DNA from: Neocallimastix sp. 'constans'
Taxonomy: Eukaryota
Reading direction: 5' to 3'
Length of the DNA stretch: 64,000 nt
Assembly: GCA_050613775.1 (NCBI GenBank)
Contig: JBODTK010000130.1
Location: forward strand, 372,001 to 436,000
The notes beneath the pieces were generated by a model. It did no database searches. It was not told the origin of the DNA and saw only the letters and a program-made list of their open reading frames with translations. Both the position numbers and the translations under genes were made by a program. Shown here piece by piece: positions 59,050-64,000 of this stretch. Position 1 is the stretch's first letter. The number at the start of each line of letters is the position of its first letter.

Positions 59050-60231
59050 ATAATAATAATAATAATAATATATATATATGTATGTATATAAATATATAAT
59101 GAGAACGTCGTTAAAATCAGCAAGTTATGAAATCAACAATTCGAAAGGTATTCAAGTGTAAGATTTTTTCAAAATACATACATTTAAATATATAAAATAC
59201 AATATAATAAAACAAGAAATAATATATACAAAAGATAATATATACAATAATAATGTATAACAACATTAACAAATGAATTAAGTCGATTAATAATAATAAT
59301 TACGGAATTAATAATATCTAATAGTAAATAAATAAATATATATATATATAAACATTATACAATTATACATACCTAAAAAAAAAAAAAAAAAAAAAAAATA
59401 ATAATAATAATAATAAGAAATTTACATTGATAAACTTCACATGTTCAATGATATAATAATTGGCCAATAAGATAACAATAATTCATATAAATTATTTTTT
59501 TTTTTTGAACAAAGATTAAATACAACCATAATAAAAACAATAAATTAGTAAATTTCAATGGATTTAATTATATATACATATATTTTTAAGGACTTCAAGG
59601 GACGAAGTCTAGGCTAAGCGGGGGCGTCTTGATGCAGTATTTAAATAAAAAGAGAAAATTATCAAGAAATAATAATTAAATATAATAAATAATTAGTTAA
59701 ATTATATATATGTATATTATAATAATAATAAAAAAAAAATAGTAATATAAAATTATTAAATTTATCTAATTAGTTAATAGCCAATAGAATTTAATTTATA
59801 GTTAATTAGAAGTATAAAAGAAAAATTATTATAACTCTTAAAAGGGAGGAGGTTTATTTTTGGAAAAAAAAAAAAAAAAATTTAGTTTAAAATAAATATA
59901 TTCGGGGAATATATTTATTTATAAAAAAATTATATAGTTATAGGTTAATTAGGAATAAATAATTAATAAGATATTTAATAAGATCTTTAATAATATTCTG
60001 TTATAAAATTGTATTACGACCCAAACAGTTTAAATAAAATAAATAAAACGACAAAATACTTTGTTTTAATATAACGTGTATTGTAATTATATATTTCTAT
60101 ATTAGAATTTATTTCTTTTATCTAATACAATCTTGCTAACTCACAAAACACTGATACTTATAAAAATAACGTATCATTAAGAGTATTTAATAGGAAATAC
60201 AAGGTATTTAGTGACACCCCGTATCAAAAAA

Positions 60232-60700
60232 TGATACGATATCTTATTTATGTATCTAAATTAATATTTATTTATGGGCAATGACAATAAGGAATTATAA
60301 CAAAATAATATATTCTAATATTAAATAGAAATAACACATACAATAATACAAAATAAAGTAATAAATATATCTTTTTAATGTTCTCTTTATTTATTATTAA
60401 TTATTAATTATTACATCAATTATTATTATTACTCTCTTATATAAATATAATAATTAATTATCTCAAATATATATAATATCTCTTTTTAACTATACTAAAA
60501 TAAAATATAAAAATAGCTATTTATGTGAATTAATTTATCATCACAAGTATAAACTTATAAATAAAAGAATTCTCCGTTTAATAATTATTATTCTAAGATT
60601 ATATACATTATTATAAAATTATTATTGACCAATAATATTTAAGTATTTCTTTAACCTAAAGAATCTACCTAAGTATCATATTTATAGTGGTCACGTATCA
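60232..60700. mobile_element. Solo LTR with perfect TGATACG...CGTATCA termini, flanked by AAAA
   Basis: Sandwiched between another LTR end (CGTATCA at 60226) and another LTR start (TGATACG at 60705). Confidence 0.7.
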
Positions 60701-61265
60701 AAAATGATACGAATAAATTTTATATTGTATCGGGTGGTTCGTGAATGCAAGTTTTATTATAAAATTATATATTCTAATAAAAGAATTATAATAATTATCA
60801 CACAAAAAGATTAAATAAAAATAATAAGAAAAAGATAAAAGAATATTTGTTGTCGTTTTGTTTTATTAAAATATATATATATTTTTTTTTACATTAATTA
60901 TTTTTAAATACTTATTAGTTATTTTAATCTATTCCCTTGAATAATTAAACCTTAACTTTAATAAGTATTTATTTTAAATATAACTAAAATAATTATTTTC
61001 TAAGTATTCCTAACTTAGATTTATAAATTCCTAATTCTAATCTAATTAAAAAACTACGTCTCTAAAAAAAATCATTTTTCTTTCATATTTATATATTTAT
61101 TTTTATTAAATCCTATTGGTTCAATTTATATATTATTTTTACTATCTTTACTAATATTTTTTTTTTTTTTTTTTTATTTATTTTAAATTTAATTATTATT
61201 ATTAAAGGAATTTATTTAATTATTAATTATTCATACATTTATTTATTTATTATAAAATATTATAT

Positions 61266-64000
61266 TGACGAAAGTCGCGAATTTTCGTCTAAAGAATAAA
61301 CAAATATTTTTATATAAACTATATTATTATTTCACGTGAATAAACAAGAATAAAGAGATTATTTACATGCGCATGATAAATTTAATGATTTACATTTAAT
61401 TATGTATTAACATAAATAATGTTAATTTACATTTTAAGTTTAGTTTTTATATAAATATTTATGATTTATATTTTCTATTATTTAATTATAAACTTAAATT
61501 GTTAAGTTTATTTATTTATATTATTTAATACTTTAACACTCCCCCTCAAATCAGTTTTCATTTGTAATGAAAATTTGATTTGCAAAGGTTGTCATTTTAG
61601 TTCCATTAACACATTTTGTTAATGTGTCAGCTAGCATTTTATCGGTACTGATATATTTTAATTTAATTTAATTTTTCTCAATATTGTCTTTATTAAAATG
61701 ATATTTGATTGAAATATGTTTTAATTTTGGATTTAATTCCCCATTTTCCATTGAAATTTTACTTGCATTATTATCAGTGAATAATGTTAGTGGTTTGTTA
61801 AATTTGAATAATTCATATAAGATATTTTTAATTCTTAATAATTTCTTTATACATACTGATGCACTTATGTATTCAGCTTCTGCTGTTGATGTGGCGACAA
61901 CTGACTGTTTTTTCGAAGTCCAGGATATTGGATTATTTCCCATTAAGATAATATTACCTGACGTTGATTTTCTGTCAGTAACATCACCAGCGAAGTCTGA
62001 GTCTGTGTAACCTACAATGTTACCAGTGCCATCATATTTAATTTTATAATTTTTAGTGTCTTTTAAATATTGTAATATAGCTATAACTTTGCGCCAGTCG
62101 GATACTGTTGGATTTTCTGAATTTCTAGCGGCTTTATTAACTGAAAATGCAATGTCGGGTCTGGTACATTTTGATAAATATATTAACATACCAATTGCAC
62201 TTTTATATTTGGTTTTGTCGAATGGTTGATTATTTTCAGATTTAGTATTGTCACCAACACATGGTGTTCTTCTTACTCTTTGGTTGTTAATATTAAATTT
62301 TTTTAGAATATTGTTTATAAATTGAGTTTGTGATAATGAATATGTTTTATTATTATTTTCGACTTTAATTCCTAATAAGTAGTCAATCGGTCCAGATTTT
62401 GAGATTTTAAATTTATTTTTAATTTTATTGAAAATTTTGTTAATTTCTTCCTTTTCGCCAGTAACAATCATATCATCTACATATAAGCCTATTATACAAA
62501 CTAATTTTCTGTTAATAACTTTCTTAAAAACACAACTTTCGGATTTTAGTTGCTCCATTCCTTGTTCTATTAAAAATTTTGAAATAGTTTTATACCACTG
62601 TCGGCCAGATTGTTTTAAACCGTACAGTGCTTTGTTTAGTTTCCAATATCCCCTCCCAAAGTTAGGATCTCCAGGGGGAATTTTAACGTAAATGTCCTTG
62701 TCTAAATTCGCTTTGAGATACGCAGCTTTGATATCTAATTGTAGAATATCCCATTTAAATTTAGCAGCGAGAGCGATAAGAAGCTTAAGACAATCAATAT
62801 TTAAAGTAGGTGAGAAAGTCATTTCGTAATCAATACCATATTTTTGAATAAAGCCTTTAGCAACAAAGCGGGCTTTATGTTTAATTACATGTCCAAGGCC
62901 ATCGGTTTTAAGAGCGTAAACCCATTTGGAAGGAATAGGTTTCTTACCATCTGGAATAGTATTAACAAAAGTCATAATTTTATTGGTGTAAAGATTATCA
63001 AGTTCATTATCCATAGCTTTTTCCCATAGAACATGGTCTTTGCAATTTGTGGCTTGGAAAAATGATTGTGGCACAAAATTTTCCAAGGAAGCAATAATTT
63101 TAGAATTAAAGTTTGATCTACGAAATTTTTGCCATTGGGAAGGTGTTAAATCGTCTGAAAGTGACCTTTTATGAAAATTAAAATTAAAATGATTATTATC
63201 ATGTAAAAAATTATTTTTCTTAATTTTATATTGATTATTTGAAAATAAATAATCGATATTTCCATTTTCAAAATTTTTATTATTTTTGAAATGAAAGTTA
63301 CTCCTATGATGAGGTAAATTAATTCTATTGAAAGGATTAGTATTAAAAGAATTTTGGTTATCTATGTGTAATTCTTTAACACTTCTTCTGCCGTTAAAAG
63401 GGAACTTTTTGTCAATGTAAGAAGAGATAATATTATTTCTATTAAACATAGTGTTTCCTTGAGAAGAAGAAGGAAAATTATAATAATTTGAGTTTGATAA
63501 ATTTTTTGATTGCAATATATTGTTAGTAGTATTGGTAGATATATTATTTTTAATATTTGTTTCAGAAAAATTTTTATTAAAATTATCTATAATTATATTA
63601 GATTTATTAGAAGACATATTGGTTTGTTCATTGACTTTTTCTTGATTATTAAATTTCATATTAATTAAGGTTTCGTCATCAATATCAAAAAATTTTTCTT
63701 CATCAAAAATTTCATTATTATTTTGAGTTTTAGAAATTCTAACTTTATTATTATTTGAATTTCCAGAAAAATTTTTCTCATGATTAAAATTATTATTTGA
63801 TAAGGTTTCATTTAAATTTTTGTCTTTGTTTATTGAATTTTCTTCATTTTTTGAAAAATTTTTATTATCAGAAAAATTTTCATCAGATGAATTTTTGAAA
63901 TTATCTTGATTTTTGACATTTTGGTCCTCTTCTTCTTGAATTTTTGTAGGAATGTCCTTACCGATATTATTAGAAAAATTGGTATCATTTTGATCCTCAG
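61266..64000 (-). mobile_element. Ty1/copia retrotransposon, 3' part (runs off the window)
   Basis: PPT GAGGGGGAG then TGTTAAAG at 61538; putative 3' LTR 61266-61538; copia RT/RNase H ORF. Confidence 0.9.
61668..64000 (-). CDS. pol: Copia Pol (linker, RT, RNase H); C-terminus frameshifted
   Basis: KARFVAKGF, QLDIKAAYL, LYGLKQSGRQW, YVDD, YTDSDFAGD, AEAEYI. The frame is open to the window end; the terminal MLADTLTK motif lies in another frame at ~61553-61667. Confidence 0.9.
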   Translation of the reverse strand, partial: EDQNDTNFSNNIGKDIPTKIQEEEDQNVKNQDNFKNSSDENFSDNKNFSKNEENSINKDKNLNETLSNNNFNHEKNFSGNSNNNKVRISKTQNNNEIFDEEKFFDIDDETLINMKFNNQEKVNEQTNMSSNKSNIIIDNFNKNFSETNIKNNISTNTTNNILQSKNLSNSNYYNFPSSSQGNTMFNRNNIISSYIDKKFPFNGRRSVKELHIDNQNSFNTNPFNRINLPHHRSNFHFKNNKNFENGNIDYLFSNNQYKIKKNNFLHDNNHFNFNFHKRSLSDDLTPSQWQKFRRSNFNSKIIASLENFVPQSFFQATNCKDHVLWEKAMDNELDNLYTNKIMTFVNTIPDGKKPIPSKWVYALKTDGLGHVIKHKARFVAKGFIQKYGIDYEMTFSPTLNIDCLKLLIALAAKFKWDILQLDIKAAYLKANLDKDIYVKIPPGDPNFGRGYWKLNKALYGLKQSGRQWYKTISKFLIEQGMEQLKSESCVFKKVINRKLVCIIGLYVDDMIVTGEKEEINKIFNKIKNKFKISKSGPIDYLLGIKVENNNKTYSLSQTQFINNILKKFNINNQRVRRTPCVGDNTKSENNQPFDKTKYKSAIGMLIYLSKCTRPDIAFSVNKAARNSENPTVSDWRKVIAILQYLKDTKNYKIKYDGTGNIVGYTDSDFAGDVTDRKSTSGNIILMGNNPISWTSKKQSVVATSTAEAEYISASVCIKKLLRIKNILYELFKFNKPLTLFTDNNASKISMENGELNPKLKHISIKYHFNKDNIEKN

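Larger units (their letters stand above)
51958..60176 (+). mobile_element. Full-length Ty3/gypsy retrotransposon, second family (element C), partly decayed
   Basis: LTRs 51958-52470 and 59630-60176 (TGATG...TATCA, with indels between them); PBS TGGCGCTCAACGTGGG at 52476 (tRNA-Lys-like); PPT AAGCGGGGG; flanks TTCG and TTAA do not match. Confidence 0.95.

Overview
Extremely AT-rich eukaryotic DNA, most likely from an anaerobic gut fungus (Neocallimastigomycota). This is inferred from the very low GC content, an SBP-7TM receptor fusion, a bacterial-type GNAT and a ciliary PIERCE-like gene. A ~29 kb gene-bearing island (15.6-44.1 kb) holds a multi-exon solute-binding-protein/class C GPCR-like receptor, a mucin-like membrane protein, a large ankyrin protein, a 4-exon PIERCE1/2-like gene missed by the ORF track, and an ElaA-like GNAT. 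The island is bracketed by two inward-pointing tRNA genes, Ser-GCT and Arg-TCT. Upstream of each tRNA lies a dense LTR-retrotransposon island. Main observation: two near-identical young copies of one Ty3/gypsy family sit 13 and 14 bp upstream of the two different tRNA genes in the same relative orientation. At tRNA-Ser, an older LTR of another family had already inserted at the same site. This points to a Ty3-like, Pol III-start-targeted retrotransposon lineage. The family has non-canonical TA...CA LTR ends, a 4-bp TSD, a D-S-C protease motif, a tRNA-Ala PBS and a UUUAAAC plus pseudoknot -1 frameshift. The window also contains a second gypsy family, a copia element, solo and nested LTRs, LINE debris and long (TAT)n microsatellites.
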